Source: a virus. From it: a stretch of DNA of 64,000 nt. Shown piece by piece: positions 1 through 9,534 of this stretch. The position numbers and the translations under genes are program-made. The stretch spans positions 40,951-104,950 of the IMG/VR virus record IMGVR_UViG_3300042934_000426; one strand, 5' to 3'. The notes beneath the pieces were generated by a model. The model was not told the DNA's origin and ran no database searches. It saw nothing but the letters and a program-made list of their open reading frames with translations. The number at the start of each line of letters is the position of its first letter. Within the stretch, counting starts at the first letter, position 1.

Positions 1-669
1 TGACCGTTCTCTGCCGTCGCTGACTTCGTTAACAATCGTCATGCCTTTATCCGTGCGAACCATCATTTCACTAGAACCGCCACCGTCCGCATTAATCGCA
101 TTGACACAGCCTAACGCCTTCATAATTTCCGCTGATTCTTTCCCCGTCACACCTGTACTATCCCCGCTTCGACCCTCTACGACAACCAGGACGATATTGC
201 TGTTTGCTTTCTGACCAATAAGCGTTCTCGGATTACGCGTCTTAAAGTGTGCATAGCGATTCGCCCCTAAAAAGACCGCTTCCCCGTCTACTAATACCGA
301 ATAGGACAATGACCCACCCCAAAGAACTTTCTCTTTTAATTCAGGAACCTGTTTAGCATTTAGCTGGGTAACGACGAAGCGCCCTTTCTTATCCAGGTAA
401 CATTCCGCGTTATCTCCGTTCGGATTCCCTTTGGCTTCCCCGTCGAACATAACTAGCCCGTTATGCTCCGCGTTGCCTCCAAAATAGCCCAGGTTAATTT
501 TTGCAACTTCTCTGAAGCCCTTTTTCTCCATAGCGGTATGACGAAGAACGGATAGGCGTTCCAGCTTTCCTGCCGTTCCGAAGCTTATAGCTGACGGATT
601 TTTAATCGGGTTAAATTCATAGACATACACATCACTATTAAACAATCGTTTCTTATAAAATTTCGGCAT
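1..669 (-). CDS. Phosphodiester glycosidase (NAGPA/EpsL-like) family protein, 3' end outside window
   Basis: Manually translated, not in the ORF track: MPKFYKKRLFNSDVYVYEF...RNPRTLIGQK...IVLVVVEGRSGDSTGVT...ALGCVNAINADGGGSSEM. The PRT..G, VV.GR and A.N.DGGGS motifs are typical of the family. SD GGGGAG upstream. Confidence 0.8.
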   Translation of the reverse strand, partial: MPKFYKKRLFNSDVYVYEFNPIKNPSAISFGTAGKLERLSVLRHTAMEKKGFREVAKINLGYFGGNAEHNGLVMFDGEAKGNPNGDNAECYLDKKGRFVVTQLNAKQVPELKEKVLWGGSLSYSVLVDGEAVFLGANRYAHFKTRNPRTLIGQKANSNIVLVVVEGRSGDSTGVTGKESAEIMKALGCVNAINADGGGSSEMMVRTDKGMTIVNEVSDGRERS

Positions 670-709
670 TTTTTACTCCCCTTTCGTTGTGCTAATAGCG
701 GATTACGCA

Positions 710-799
710 CTACTTCTTTTTTGAGTATCTTCCGATAGTGAACGCTACCACTACAGAAACACCATAAAACCAACCTTCATAACTAATCCCTAAAAACAT
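710..799 (-). CDS. Small hydrophobic peptide (29 aa)
   Basis: Manual translation MFLGISYEGWFYGVSVVVAFTIGRYSKKK; follows directly on the upstream ORF, with GGGTGA SD. Confidence 0.4.
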   Translation of the reverse strand: MFLGISYEGWFYGVSVVVAFTIGRYSKKK

Positions 800-800
800 G

Positions 801-899
801 TTACTCACCCTTTCTTACTATTTCTGTTTTACATGTTGGACACTTGTACTCATACTGATTATTAAACTCCTGTCCGCAAAAATCACATTTGTTATCCAA
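801..899 (-). CDS. Small Zn-ribbon protein (32 aa, TTG start)
   Basis: Manual translation MDNKCDFCGQEFNNQYEYKCPTCKTEIVRKGE with two CxxC motifs; SD AGGTGAGG upstream. Confidence 0.5.
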   Translation of the reverse strand: MDNKCDFCGQEFNNQYEYKCPTCKTEIVRKGE

Positions 900-933
900 T
901 TCCCTCACCTAACTGTTGCGTCATTTGGTTCCA

Positions 934-1218
934 TTATTCAAAATGTAAGAACTTCTCTTCCCAATCTTCGACGATTAATACGATTCCGAAGTCCAGCTTA
1001 AAATAGCGGAAAATCGGTGAATGAGCGGACACTTCCGTCCCTAGTTCGGGTCGTTGATAGAAACCTTCAATTCGGCTCATATGGGCAATAATATCAGGGT
1101 TGATGTGAAGTTCTTTCGGGTAGTTAAGAACGTAATGGTCATACATACGACCTAGCGTGTTTAGGTGCTGGAAAAATTCAGTTAACTGTTGTTTGTATTC
1201 AGCGTCTTTAATTGCCAT
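934..1218 (-). CDS. Hypothetical protein
   Basis: 94-aa ORF in the tightly packed minus-strand run. Confidence 0.65.
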   Translation of the reverse strand: MAIKDAEYKQQLTEFFQHLNTLGRMYDHYVLNYPKELHINPDIIAHMSRIEGFYQRPELGTEVSAHSPIFRYFKLDFGIVLIVEDWEEKFLHFE

Positions 1219-1369
1219 TTTTTATCACGTTCCCTCTTGCGTGTTCTTCGTTTAAGTAGTTTATTGCTTGCGAAGCGGTTAGTTCATGCTTTAACATAAA
1301 TTCCTTACCTTCGACCCATGAATATCCCCATTGTCGAAACCATTGATTTAATGTTTTCTTGTCTTCCAT
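1208..1369 (-). CDS. Hypothetical protein (53 aa)
   Basis: Manual translation MEDKKTLNQWFRQWGYSW...; SD GAGGGG; fills the gap between neighbours. Confidence 0.5.
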   Translation of the reverse strand: MEDKKTLNQWFRQWGYSWVEGKEFMLKHELTASQAINYLNEEHARGNVIKNGN

Positions 1370-1370
1370 A

Positions 1371-1577
1371 CTATTTTCCCCCTCTCCACTTATCTAATAG
1401 CATGTGGAAGGTAGCGTTAAACTTCCACATCATAACCCAATTTACTGCCGTCATAAAAACTAATTGGGGTGTTAGCTCTCCTATAAAAATACCTAATGGT
1501 ATAACATAGAAGGTACATACTACCACACCGCATATAACGGCTAGCTCTAGGTATAGCTTCCATTTCGTTAGATTCAC
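1371..1577 (-). CDS. Small membrane protein
   Basis: 68 aa with hydrophobic segments. Confidence 0.55.
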   Translation of the reverse strand: MNLTKWKLYLELAVICGVVVCTFYVIPLGIFIGELTPQLVFMTAVNWVMMWKFNATFHMLLDKWRGGK

Positions 1578-1578
1578 A

Positions 1579-1860
1579 CTAGTCTATCCCCCTATATTTT
1601 GGGTCATGAACCCAGCCATTTGTACTTCTATATAATTCTACCCCATTCTTCGGGTCTACGAAAACGTCCTTTTCCGAAATGCCGTGTAATTCCGCTAGCT
1701 CGCGCTTTCGAAGCTGGTGGGGAAGTAAGTCGGTCTTCGGAAGTTGTTTATCTAGCTCTTCGAACGTCCGCTTTTGGTATTCGTCGGATATATCCCGAAC
1801 GTAGACGGGGAATCCCGCTACGCTCGGTACACGCTTCTTTCGTTGGTGTATGGGTATCAT
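1579..1860 (-). CDS. Hypothetical protein
   Basis: 93-aa ORF whose start overlaps the upstream stop (ATGA). Confidence 0.6.
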   Translation of the reverse strand: MIPIHQRKKRVPSVAGFPVYVRDISDEYQKRTFEELDKQLPKTDLLPHQLRKRELAELHGISEKDVFVDPKNGVELYRSTNGWVHDPKYRGID

Positions 1861-2033
1861 TCAATACTCACCTTCACTTCCTCCTTCGGAAGGGCTCCGC
1901 GAACCTCTCGACTGTGCTTGAAACAGTGGATTCCCTGTACCCATTTTTTCGGGTCTTTCGGGTCAGGGTAACCTAGGTTCCATCCTGAATGGGTCAGCTC
2001 ATTACAGATAATACAACGTGTTCGTCTAGCCAT
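1857..2033 (-). CDS. Small Cys/His (putative Zn-binding) protein (58 aa)
   Basis: Manual translation MARRTRCIICNELTHSGWNLG...IHCFKH; AGGAGCTGG SD. Confidence 0.55.
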   Translation of the reverse strand: MARRTRCIICNELTHSGWNLGYPDPKDPKKWVQGIHCFKHSREVRGALPKEEVKVSIE

Positions 2034-2046
2034 TTTTACCAGCTCC

Positions 2047-2565
2047 TTAATTTTCTGTGTGGGTCATTAATTTCTTCCTAGTTTCCTTCGCTATTCTTCC
2101 AGCTTCTTCAGGGTCTTCGAAGTAACCTAGGTAGTGGCTAACGCCTTTAACTGTTACATTTGCTTTCCACTTTCGAAGCCTTTCGTTCCAGCTAACCCCA
2201 CGAATACCGCTCTTCGTACCTGTAACAGCACCTTTACGGTTCTGTGCATTTTGACCCCTAGTAACCACTCGAAGGTTGCTCCGTTCATTATTGAATGGAT
2301 TATGGTCTACATGGTCAACTACTACGTCTTTCCTTCCGTAAGTACCCATTATCCATTGGTGAAGACCGTAAACAACCCGTGATTTTCCTGAATAAATCGC
2401 ACCCCGTATATAGGGCTTACCGTCCGAATACACTATACGCCAGCTATTAGGCAATTCTTGAACCTTTGGAAGGTCTTCGGTGCTAATGAAGACCTTCTCT
2501 TGTTTATCTTTGTACGTTACGTAAATTACTGTGGTATCGCCTAAGACTTCGAATTCGTTTTTCAT
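2047..2565 (-). CDS. HNH endonuclease with C-terminal AP2 domain (free-standing homing endonuclease type)
   Basis: VVDHVDHNPFNNERSNLR HNH motif, then SGIRGVSW...KWKA...YLGYF AP2 motif; adjacent to the DNA polymerase gene. Confidence 0.9.
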   Translation of the reverse strand: MKNEFEVLGDTTVIYVTYKDKQEKVFISTEDLPKVQELPNSWRIVYSDGKPYIRGAIYSGKSRVVYGLHQWIMGTYGRKDVVVDHVDHNPFNNERSNLRVVTRGQNAQNRKGAVTGTKSGIRGVSWNERLRKWKANVTVKGVSHYLGYFEDPEEAGRIAKETRKKLMTHTEN

Positions 2566-2569
2566 AGGG

Positions 2570-5170
2570 CTACCTCACTTCTATATTGGCTTTCTTAAAG
2601 AGCGGAATCATATAAGCTATGTCGTCATATGTGACGTCGGTTGCTTCTTTCTTCTCTTTCTTCGGCTTCACCCATGCTGTACCGTCAGCGTCCCAGCTTA
2701 CATCTAAGGCATGTTGCCATATCTTACCGACGGCTGGTTCGGCTATGATAGGTAGAATTTCCGTAAAGCCTTCGAGCGGTGCTTCCATAACCTCTTTTAT
2801 CCAGCGTGCTCCTTCCGAAGCGTATTCGATTGGACATTCAGCCTGGATTTCATCGTGGATTTGCATAACCTGTTTGATATACGGTGCTTCCTTGATGGAA
2901 CGCTTCTTAATCTCCACCATGGCTCTTCGGATGATATCACTTGCTGACCCCTGAATAGGTGTGTTCATGGCTTTGTTTTCTGCGGACTTCCGAATAAACT
3001 CTTTCGGGTGATTAATGTCAGGAATCGGTCTTCGGTTTCCGAAGAGGGTTTCCACATATCCGTATTCTCTAGCGAAGCTGATTTGACTGTCCGCATACCC
3101 TCTAATACCTGGGTAGGTCGCCATGTAGTTGTTGATGAATACTTTCGCTTCGTCTTTGGTCATACCCATTTGTCGGTCTTTGGATAAGCCGAATTCGGTC
3201 ATCCCATAGACGATTCCGAAGTTAACTTTTTTGGCACGATATCGATACGGCTTAAACTTACTCTTTACTTCGTCGATGGTGCATTGTAGCTTGAATACTT
3301 CTCTTGCCACTAGGCTATGAAGGTCAATGTTATCGATAAAGGCTTGAATCATGTTCTTTTCCTGGGCGAACCAGGCGAGAACCTTTAGCTCAATTTGAGA
3401 ATAGTCACATCCGATAAAAATGGTTTCTCCGCTCAATTTATGCGTGATAATCATAATGTTCGGACGGGTAAAAATGTTCTGCTGGGTATAGTCAGCGGTT
3501 AGGTCATAGCTTGGTGCTTCGAAGACCCCTCGAATTCCCATCGGGTCGTTATCGGGTCGTGGGATATTCTGCAAATTCGGCTTCTTCGAAGATAGTCGCC
3601 ACGTACTAACAAGATTGAGCTGGGTGTGCAATTTATTGGTGTCTTTTCGGCAAAACGGAAGCATACCATTCACATAGGTACTAAGAATTTTGGTGTACTT
3701 CGAACGCTCCTTCAGTACTTTCATAAAGGCGCTGTCGCCTTCGTAGCTGTCGATTATGAGCTCCATATTGTCTTTCCCTGTTCCAGGTATTCCTGTCGTC
3801 TTCGAGCGCTCTACGCCCCTTGTATCGACTTGTAGGACGTGGAAGAATAGCCATGACTTATGCTGAGGACTTCCCCAGGAAAACGGCTTCGGTGTCTTGA
3901 TTTCTAAGGCTACAGGGTCACCACGCCATTGACCCATTCCGTAAACCCCAGCGGGTACAATGACGTTACCGTGGTCGTCGACGCCCGCATGGTCTTTCGT
4001 AACCTCTCGTAAGGCTTCGTAGAGTTTTTGTTCGATACAGTCGTCTTCCCAATCTCCCGCTTCGATTTGCTCTTCGGTCATGGTTTCTCTTCCGTATAGC
4101 GCACGAAACGCTACCCGCTCCATATCCCGAAGCTTATCGGGATTCACCCGCCAACCCGCTAACTCAATTTCTCCCAGGGTCATCATAAACGGGACATTCA
4201 GCTCGAAGTACACGTCGTCTAAGCCTTCAGCCACTAGAAGCGGGTAACACTTTAGATACACACCCAGCCCCCAATCACTGTCGGAACAGGCATAGTCAAC
4301 GCTATGCTTATCGACGGGCAATTCGTTAAACGTGCGGTAGCGGGATTGTTTCTTCGTCTTCGGAAGTCCCTTTTTTGCCCCCGACTTGTAGTATTCGCCA
4401 GGGATAGGTTCTTCCCATTCGTGCTTTCCAACCGTTTGCTTAAAGGTTTTAATATTATCTACATGAATCAATCCATGCACCCATCCATCTTTGTCTGCTA
4501 ATAGAGCTTTTGTGGCGGGCTTTAATCCGACTTCGGTTTCTCCTTCTGCTCCGACGGTTTCGGGTAAGGCTAGTTGCTTCACCATCACCAACGTACAAAT
4601 GATTTTTCGGGTCAACGTCTTCGGGAACATATCAATGCCGTGTAATAAGCTCCATTGGTGCTCGGCTTTGATGTTATGGGCAATGACTAGGATTTCAGGG
4701 TCTTCGAGAAGAGGTTTTAAGAACTCTTGCATGATGAAGTCTGTTTCCCAATTCGCTCCGTAGCTAGTATGGTTCATAGGGAAGTAAAACGCCTGACCGA
4801 TTTCCCAGGCTACCGATACCCCTACGATTTCGTGGTCTTGCGGGTCTTGGGTGTCGTCTTCAGGGTCACCGTTTGTTTCATAGTCGAAGCTAATGATTTT
4901 CTTCTTTCGAATTTCCTGAGCTATGGTTCGAAGCTTCGGAAGGTCATTTTTTCCGACCGCATGATAGCCTCTTCCTGGTAGCTCTACATTTAGTATTTGC
5001 TGGACTTCAGCGGTGCTTTCTGCCTGAGCGATTCGTGCCTTCGCTTGCGGACTTAACTTCGTTGGGGTCGTGGTTCTACTTGGTGCGATTACTCGCTTCG
5101 GCTCTTCCCTCTTCGGAAGTGCCTTTTTCTTTTGGCTTGCTACCTTCTCTTTGAGCTTCGCTAGGCTCAT
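2570..5170 (-). CDS. Family A DNA polymerase with 3'-5' exonuclease
   Basis: Exonuclease motifs SFDYET, AHNIKAE, YACSD; polymerase motifs RLSSKKPNLQNIP, DYSQIELKVLA, RAKKVNFGIVYG, QIHDEI. Confidence 0.95.
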   Translation of the reverse strand: MSLAKLKEKVASQKKKALPKREEPKRVIAPSRTTTPTKLSPQAKARIAQAESTAEVQQILNVELPGRGYHAVGKNDLPKLRTIAQEIRKKKIISFDYETNGDPEDDTQDPQDHEIVGVSVAWEIGQAFYFPMNHTSYGANWETDFIMQEFLKPLLEDPEILVIAHNIKAEHQWSLLHGIDMFPKTLTRKIICTLVMVKQLALPETVGAEGETEVGLKPATKALLADKDGWVHGLIHVDNIKTFKQTVGKHEWEEPIPGEYYKSGAKKGLPKTKKQSRYRTFNELPVDKHSVDYACSDSDWGLGVYLKCYPLLVAEGLDDVYFELNVPFMMTLGEIELAGWRVNPDKLRDMERVAFRALYGRETMTEEQIEAGDWEDDCIEQKLYEALREVTKDHAGVDDHGNVIVPAGVYGMGQWRGDPVALEIKTPKPFSWGSPQHKSWLFFHVLQVDTRGVERSKTTGIPGTGKDNMELIIDSYEGDSAFMKVLKERSKYTKILSTYVNGMLPFCRKDTNKLHTQLNLVSTWRLSSKKPNLQNIPRPDNDPMGIRGVFEAPSYDLTADYTQQNIFTRPNIMIITHKLSGETIFIGCDYSQIELKVLAWFAQEKNMIQAFIDNIDLHSLVAREVFKLQCTIDEVKSKFKPYRYRAKKVNFGIVYGMTEFGLSKDRQMGMTKDEAKVFINNYMATYPGIRGYADSQISFAREYGYVETLFGNRRPIPDINHPKEFIRKSAENKAMNTPIQGSASDIIRRAMVEIKKRSIKEAPYIKQVMQIHDEIQAECPIEYASEGARWIKEVMEAPLEGFTEILPIIAEPAVGKIWQHALDVSWDADGTAWVKPKKEKKEATDVTYDDIAYMIPLFKKANIEVR

Positions 5171-5182
5171 AGTTACCAGCTC

Positions 5183-5359
5183 CTATCTAAAATACCGTGG
5201 GTGAATGTCCTTTGACTGAAGAGTGTGCAAATTGCCTTCGTCGTCTTCCCCTATGAATTCTTGCGGTTTATCAGGACTATACCCACTTGGATTTTGTTGC
5301 TTAACGGTTACCCATAGACCACTTGCTAATTCCAATCTTACACCGATTTTTGGTAGCAT
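5183..5359 (-). CDS. Hypothetical protein (58 aa)
   Basis: Manual translation MLPKIGVRLELASGLWVTVKQ...; AGGAGCTGG SD. Confidence 0.55.
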   Translation of the reverse strand: MLPKIGVRLELASGLWVTVKQQNPSGYSPDKPQEFIGEDDEGNLHTLQSKDIHPRYFR

Positions 5360-5371
5360 ACTTACCAGCTC

Positions 5372-5749
5372 CTATTCACAAATTCTTTTTAGATACTTTT
5401 GGCGTATCTCTTGCATACGTGGCGTCGGAAGGTAGTATTTCTTGGATTCCCTTCGAATCAGTCCTAGTTGCTGAAATAACTTTAATCGCTTTAAGACGGG
5501 CTTATCACTGTAGCCTAGCTCGCCATAAACTTCCTGAGCGGTGACCACACCCCTATCGACGATGAAGGTAATGAGCGCCTTCGTCAGGTCTTTGCTTCCC
5601 TGTTTATTCGTCGGGTGAAGCACGGTGCGAATGAATAACAGGTCTTGAATGGAAAGGGGTTGAATGTCCTTATAGTGACCGCCCCGCTCTTTCCAGCGCT
5701 CGACGTCTTTTTGGTAATTCGATAGCACTTCTAACGCTTTTGCGTCCAA
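5372..5749 (-). CDS. Winged-helix DNA-binding protein
   Basis: VTAQEVYGELGYSDKPVLKRLKLFQQLGLIRRE wHTH pattern; AGGAGCTGG SD. Confidence 0.7.
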   Translation of the reverse strand: MDAKALEVLSNYQKDVERWKERGGHYKDIQPLSIQDLLFIRTVLHPTNKQGSKDLTKALITFIVDRGVVTAQEVYGELGYSDKPVLKRLKLFQQLGLIRRESKKYYLPTPRMQEIRQKYLKRICE

Positions 5750-5803
5750 TGTTGACCAGCTCCTTTGTCAGAATTCAGTACGACTTCGTACGTTATATGA
5801 TTA

Positions 5804-5831
5804 AGTATAACCAACTTTGAACAAATGTCAA
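5804..5831 (-). promoter_or_regulatory. sigmaA-type promoter TTGACA-N16-TATACT with TTGTTCAAAGTTG in the spacer
   Basis: Direct reading of the minus strand upstream of the wHTH/DNA polymerase run. Confidence 0.65.
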
Positions 5832-5866
5832 CAAGAAAAGAAGCCCATTTTCAGGGCTTCCCTTGT

Positions 5867-6085
5867 CTAATTTTGACAGTCCTCACAATTTTCCCATATA
5901 CCCACAATTTCTAAGGTTTCAGCGTCTACGTACAAGTAGACGTTGCTATCACGCCAGCGCCATAGCCCTAAAACCTCATGGTCAGGATGACCTACTTCGT
6001 GCCCGCTCCAATCGCTTTCCCAAAAAAGGTCTTGGTGGTCGACCCACGTTTGACCGCACCCTGGGTGTATTTGTTTTTCTCCCAT
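5867..6085 (-). CDS. Hypothetical Cys/Trp-rich protein
   Basis: 72 aa; AGGAGCTGG SD. Confidence 0.6.
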   Translation of the reverse strand: MGEKQIHPGCGQTWVDHQDLFWESDWSGHEVGHPDHEVLGLWRWRDSNVYLYVDAETLEIVGIWENCEDCQN

Positions 6086-6098
6086 ACTTACCAGCTCC

Positions 6099-9000
6099 TT
6101 ATGTGTTCAAGTATTCAATGAACTTCGGTAACTTCCGAAGCCCATCACGGGTACGTTTAATCATGCTATGCTTCGTGAGGATTGCCAGTCGGTCATTCAC
6201 CTGTTTTCGCTCGAATCCTAACATATCGATAATCTCGGCTGGCTTCAGAATATCGTTCTTTCGGAAGAGCTCTAGGATTTCTTCCGATACGGCTACGTTC
6301 TCCCCGAAGTCCATGTTTTCAAGGGTTTGGCGAATCTCTTCCGCTTCTTCTTCGGTCAGCTCGGATTCTTCTTTGCTCTTGGCACTATAAATGTCTAGGC
6401 GGGCGTTTTGGTTGTCGTAAATCACTTGGATAAAGTCAGCTACATACTCCACATGGTCAGGATTCACAATCACCTTCTCATGCGCTTCGTCGGTTGAATG
6501 AAGCAAGCTTGCTAGACTAATAGCCATACGTGCAATCTTCTTCCGAAGGTCAGACGGCTCTAAAAGCGGAATGTCCTGAGCGTAGCCGTACTTCTCGCCT
6601 AACTCGTCAGCCTTCGCTAGAATCTTACGCATAGCGGGCTTCGTAATCTCAATGTGTTCAGGTTTGCGTGACCACGCCCATAGAATCGAATCCCGAAGAG
6701 CTTCGGAAGTGATTAGTTGAACTTCGGGCTTGTCGTATTCCTGATTGAGTACCGCCTTCGTGACGTCACCTGACTGAAGGAATATCGCCATATCCAAACG
6801 TCTGATATCTGCTGGTGAAGCGAACAACGGTTTTAAGGCTTCTACCCCATGCGTGAAGCTCGATAGCGTTCTTGCCTTCGCTGGGTTCGTTAAAAGGATT
6901 AATCGGACACGGGCGTTGGTTTCGGTGTTGACCGTACGGTCTACTCGAAGTACCCCTGTGGTTCTCGCTTCGGTAATCTTACCAAAGTCTTCAGGGTGTA
7001 ATTCAGAAAATTCGTCGATTGCGATTAGCTTGCGGTCACTAAGCGGGTATTTCCCCCAGGTGATGAACCATCGTTCACCCATTTGCTCTAGGCGGTAGAC
7101 TAATCCTGTACGGGACGTTCCTTCCCCTGACGTCATATTTCCTAGCCCCGCGAATTCCATAATGTTGCTAACAAGCTGGGTCTTCGCTTGCCCTGAATCT
7201 CCGACGAATACCGTTTCCAGCCAGCCACGCTTTTCGAGCTGACCCTGGAAATAATAGTTTAAAGCGGAATGGTAGGTTAATAGTACCGCCAGGTGTGGCT
7301 CGAAGCGTTCTCGTACCAGGGTCACGTTGTCTACCAGGTCGCCTACTAACAGGCTCACTCTATCGTCAATCGTTTCCCCTTCTTGCACCTTGAATACATC
7401 TAATCGTTGTCTAGCCTCTTCGGTCATTTCAAACTTTGATATGCTATCCTCTAACGGCTCTTGCTTTTGGCTCAGAATGGTCGCCATAGCGTTTTTCGGG
7501 TGACTATAGACATAACCCTCTAGGTCATAGTGTGTATTCGCCTGTACGTCATTTCCGACGGCATACACCTTACGGGTCACGTACTCATTTCCTTCTCCGT
7601 CTACTTCCTTCGAAGACCCGTCTTCCCCTTTGACCGTCTTTACACGGTCAGCCATGGGCACCACTAGGAGCTCGGTGATATTTTCGTGTTCCAGCACTTC
7701 GGATTTAACCTTCTTACAGGAAGCTCCTGAATGGTGGAAGAGTATTCCTTTTAGCTGGGTATCATTTTGGTTGGTGGCTTCGATTAGGAATCGTTCATTT
7801 TCATGGAATTCCCGCTCGTATAGCCCACCGAAGTCGTGCATAATACAATCTTTGTCACAGAACGGTTCATGGCTACATACATAGCGAACCTTCTTTGGCA
7901 CAATGTAAGGCGTATCCATTTTCCCTGATACCAGGGCGCTAAACGCTACTTTCTTTCCTGTGAATTCGGCATTAGCTGTCTTCGCTAGGTGCATGTGCTC
8001 GGCTGGCTCTTGGTCAATGGCGAAGTCTTCGTGGGCTGGGCATGCACGCCCCGCACATGGAACGGTTTCATAGTCACGTCCCTTACGCTCTCCTGATAGG
8101 CTTCGAATGAAGGCACAACCGAAGTGGTACTTTTGGTCTTCGTACACCGTTTTAATACACCCAATCGTAGACGCTTGCACTTCCGAAGGAGAAGAGCTAG
8201 TGAACGACTTCGGAATCTTTTTGACCCAATCGCACAAAATCTTGACCGTTTCGCTCATAGGGTAACCAGCGTCTTTATAGTACGAAGCTAGCGCCATTGT
8301 CGCTTTGTTACGGTCGCCTGATTTGAGGATTCCACGCTCGATGATAAATTGAACACATACAGGTACACCTTCCATTTGCTTTAGTACGGTGTCCTTTAGG
8401 GTTACACGGTCTGTATAGAGCTTATCAACTTCTTCCCATGCTTCGACTTTACTCGCATACCATTCGTGAATGTCTTCGTTCAAATTGTACTCACATTGGT
8501 CAGGCGGGTAGAGGTCAGGACGTGGTGACTTTGCCAATCCATTAATGATGTTCCGAAGGTCGCTTTTCACTTCGTCATGGGTCAGTTCTACTTTGAATAG
8601 CCCGCTCTTATAGTGGATGGAATTCACCAGGCGAAGCATGCGACGGGTTCCGTAAATGGAAGAGGAATCTAAGCTTTTTAGTCCTAGCTGGGTTTCTAAG
8701 GTAACCGCGATAAACTTGATAATTCGGTTTAGCTTTTTATGTGGCTGGATTCCCATAATCGTCGGATTCGCAATCACATGGAAGCCCTTCGAACCGCTGA
8801 AGTACACCCTGATTTCGTCTTCAGTTACCTGAAATCGCTCCGTGAAGTAATGAAGAATCTTTACGACGTCACTTCGGCTCATTTCCAGGTTTTTAATCCA
8901 TACAAAATCAGTACACGCCTGGTCACTGTCCACATAGTCATTAATCGATTGATTCGTGTCTTTTGATAACGGAATACCCATTTCGTAATTGCGAAGGTGT

Positions 9001-9368
9001 AATAATAGGTTTTCAGGTAATAGTCCGATTAATTCGTCCGCCTTTACCGCTCCCATTTCGACCAGTCCTGGGGCTTCCTGAATAACACCTTCTTTTACTT
9101 CCGAAGTAAGACTTCGTGAGCTATCAATATCGAAGAATAACGGCATATAAAGGAGCTCGGCTTCCCCATCAGGTCTTACCTTGTTACGAAAAGTTTGAAT
9201 GGTGGAAAATACGTTGTAATTGCCGTATTGTTGCCTGAAGTCTTCCAGCTTATCCGCTTCGGTGCGGTTCCATTTCGTGTTCACGCCCGTTTGCGGGTTC
9301 TTGTGGTAGACGTCCACATAGAGGAAGTCCTCTAGTTTGATTTCGCTTTTCTTTTTCCCTTTTGCCAT
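6099..9368 (-). CDS. Fused AEP primase / MCM-like replicative helicase
   Basis: AEP motifs FFDIDS, YFSGSKGFHV and RMLRL; PriCT/PriL-like PVCVQ...GDRN region; Walker A GDSGQAKT, Walker B IAIDEF, MCM-like TSRTGL, ILLTNP and RRLD; C-terminal wHTH. Confidence 0.85.
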   Translation of the reverse strand: MAKGKKKSEIKLEDFLYVDVYHKNPQTGVNTKWNRTEADKLEDFRQQYGNYNVFSTIQTFRNKVRPDGEAELLYMPLFFDIDSSRSLTSEVKEGVIQEAPGLVEMGAVKADELIGLLPENLLLHLRNYEMGIPLSKDTNQSINDYVDSDQACTDFVWIKNLEMSRSDVVKILHYFTERFQVTEDEIRVYFSGSKGFHVIANPTIMGIQPHKKLNRIIKFIAVTLETQLGLKSLDSSSIYGTRRMLRLVNSIHYKSGLFKVELTHDEVKSDLRNIINGLAKSPRPDLYPPDQCEYNLNEDIHEWYASKVEAWEEVDKLYTDRVTLKDTVLKQMEGVPVCVQFIIERGILKSGDRNKATMALASYYKDAGYPMSETVKILCDWVKKIPKSFTSSSPSEVQASTIGCIKTVYEDQKYHFGCAFIRSLSGERKGRDYETVPCAGRACPAHEDFAIDQEPAEHMHLAKTANAEFTGKKVAFSALVSGKMDTPYIVPKKVRYVCSHEPFCDKDCIMHDFGGLYEREFHENERFLIEATNQNDTQLKGILFHHSGASCKKVKSEVLEHENITELLVVPMADRVKTVKGEDGSSKEVDGEGNEYVTRKVYAVGNDVQANTHYDLEGYVYSHPKNAMATILSQKQEPLEDSISKFEMTEEARQRLDVFKVQEGETIDDRVSLLVGDLVDNVTLVRERFEPHLAVLLTYHSALNYYFQGQLEKRGWLETVFVGDSGQAKTQLVSNIMEFAGLGNMTSGEGTSRTGLVYRLEQMGERWFITWGKYPLSDRKLIAIDEFSELHPEDFGKITEARTTGVLRVDRTVNTETNARVRLILLTNPAKARTLSSFTHGVEALKPLFASPADIRRLDMAIFLQSGDVTKAVLNQEYDKPEVQLITSEALRDSILWAWSRKPEHIEITKPAMRKILAKADELGEKYGYAQDIPLLEPSDLRKKIARMAISLASLLHSTDEAHEKVIVNPDHVEYVADFIQVIYDNQNARLDIYSAKSKEESELTEEEAEEIRQTLENMDFGENVAVSEEILELFRKNDILKPAEIIDMLGFERKQVNDRLAILTKHSMIKRTRDGLRKLPKFIEYLNT

Positions 9369-9483
9369 TTCCGTTTCCCCCTGTGAGCCTACTTCCGAAG
9401 TAAAGCCTGGGTCGGGTCGCTCCTTATGAGCTTACCTTGCCTTCTTTATCGCTTCGAAGGGCTCGATTAATAATGAAAAGAAT

Positions 9484-9516
9484 AGACCCCTGAAGAGCGA
9501 ATCATTCAGGGGTCTT
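9484..9516 (-). terminator. Intrinsic terminator
   Basis: AGACCCCTGAA...TTCAGGGGTCT inverted repeat followed by a T-rich run on the minus strand. Confidence 0.7.
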
Positions 9517-9534
9517 CATTTTGGTTTCGAAGAA

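Noticed and set aside
2047-5170. Intron or intein in the DNA polymerase associated with the HNH gene
   Set aside because: The polymerase ORF is continuous with all motifs present; the HNH gene lies after its stop codon; no intein terminal motifs seen
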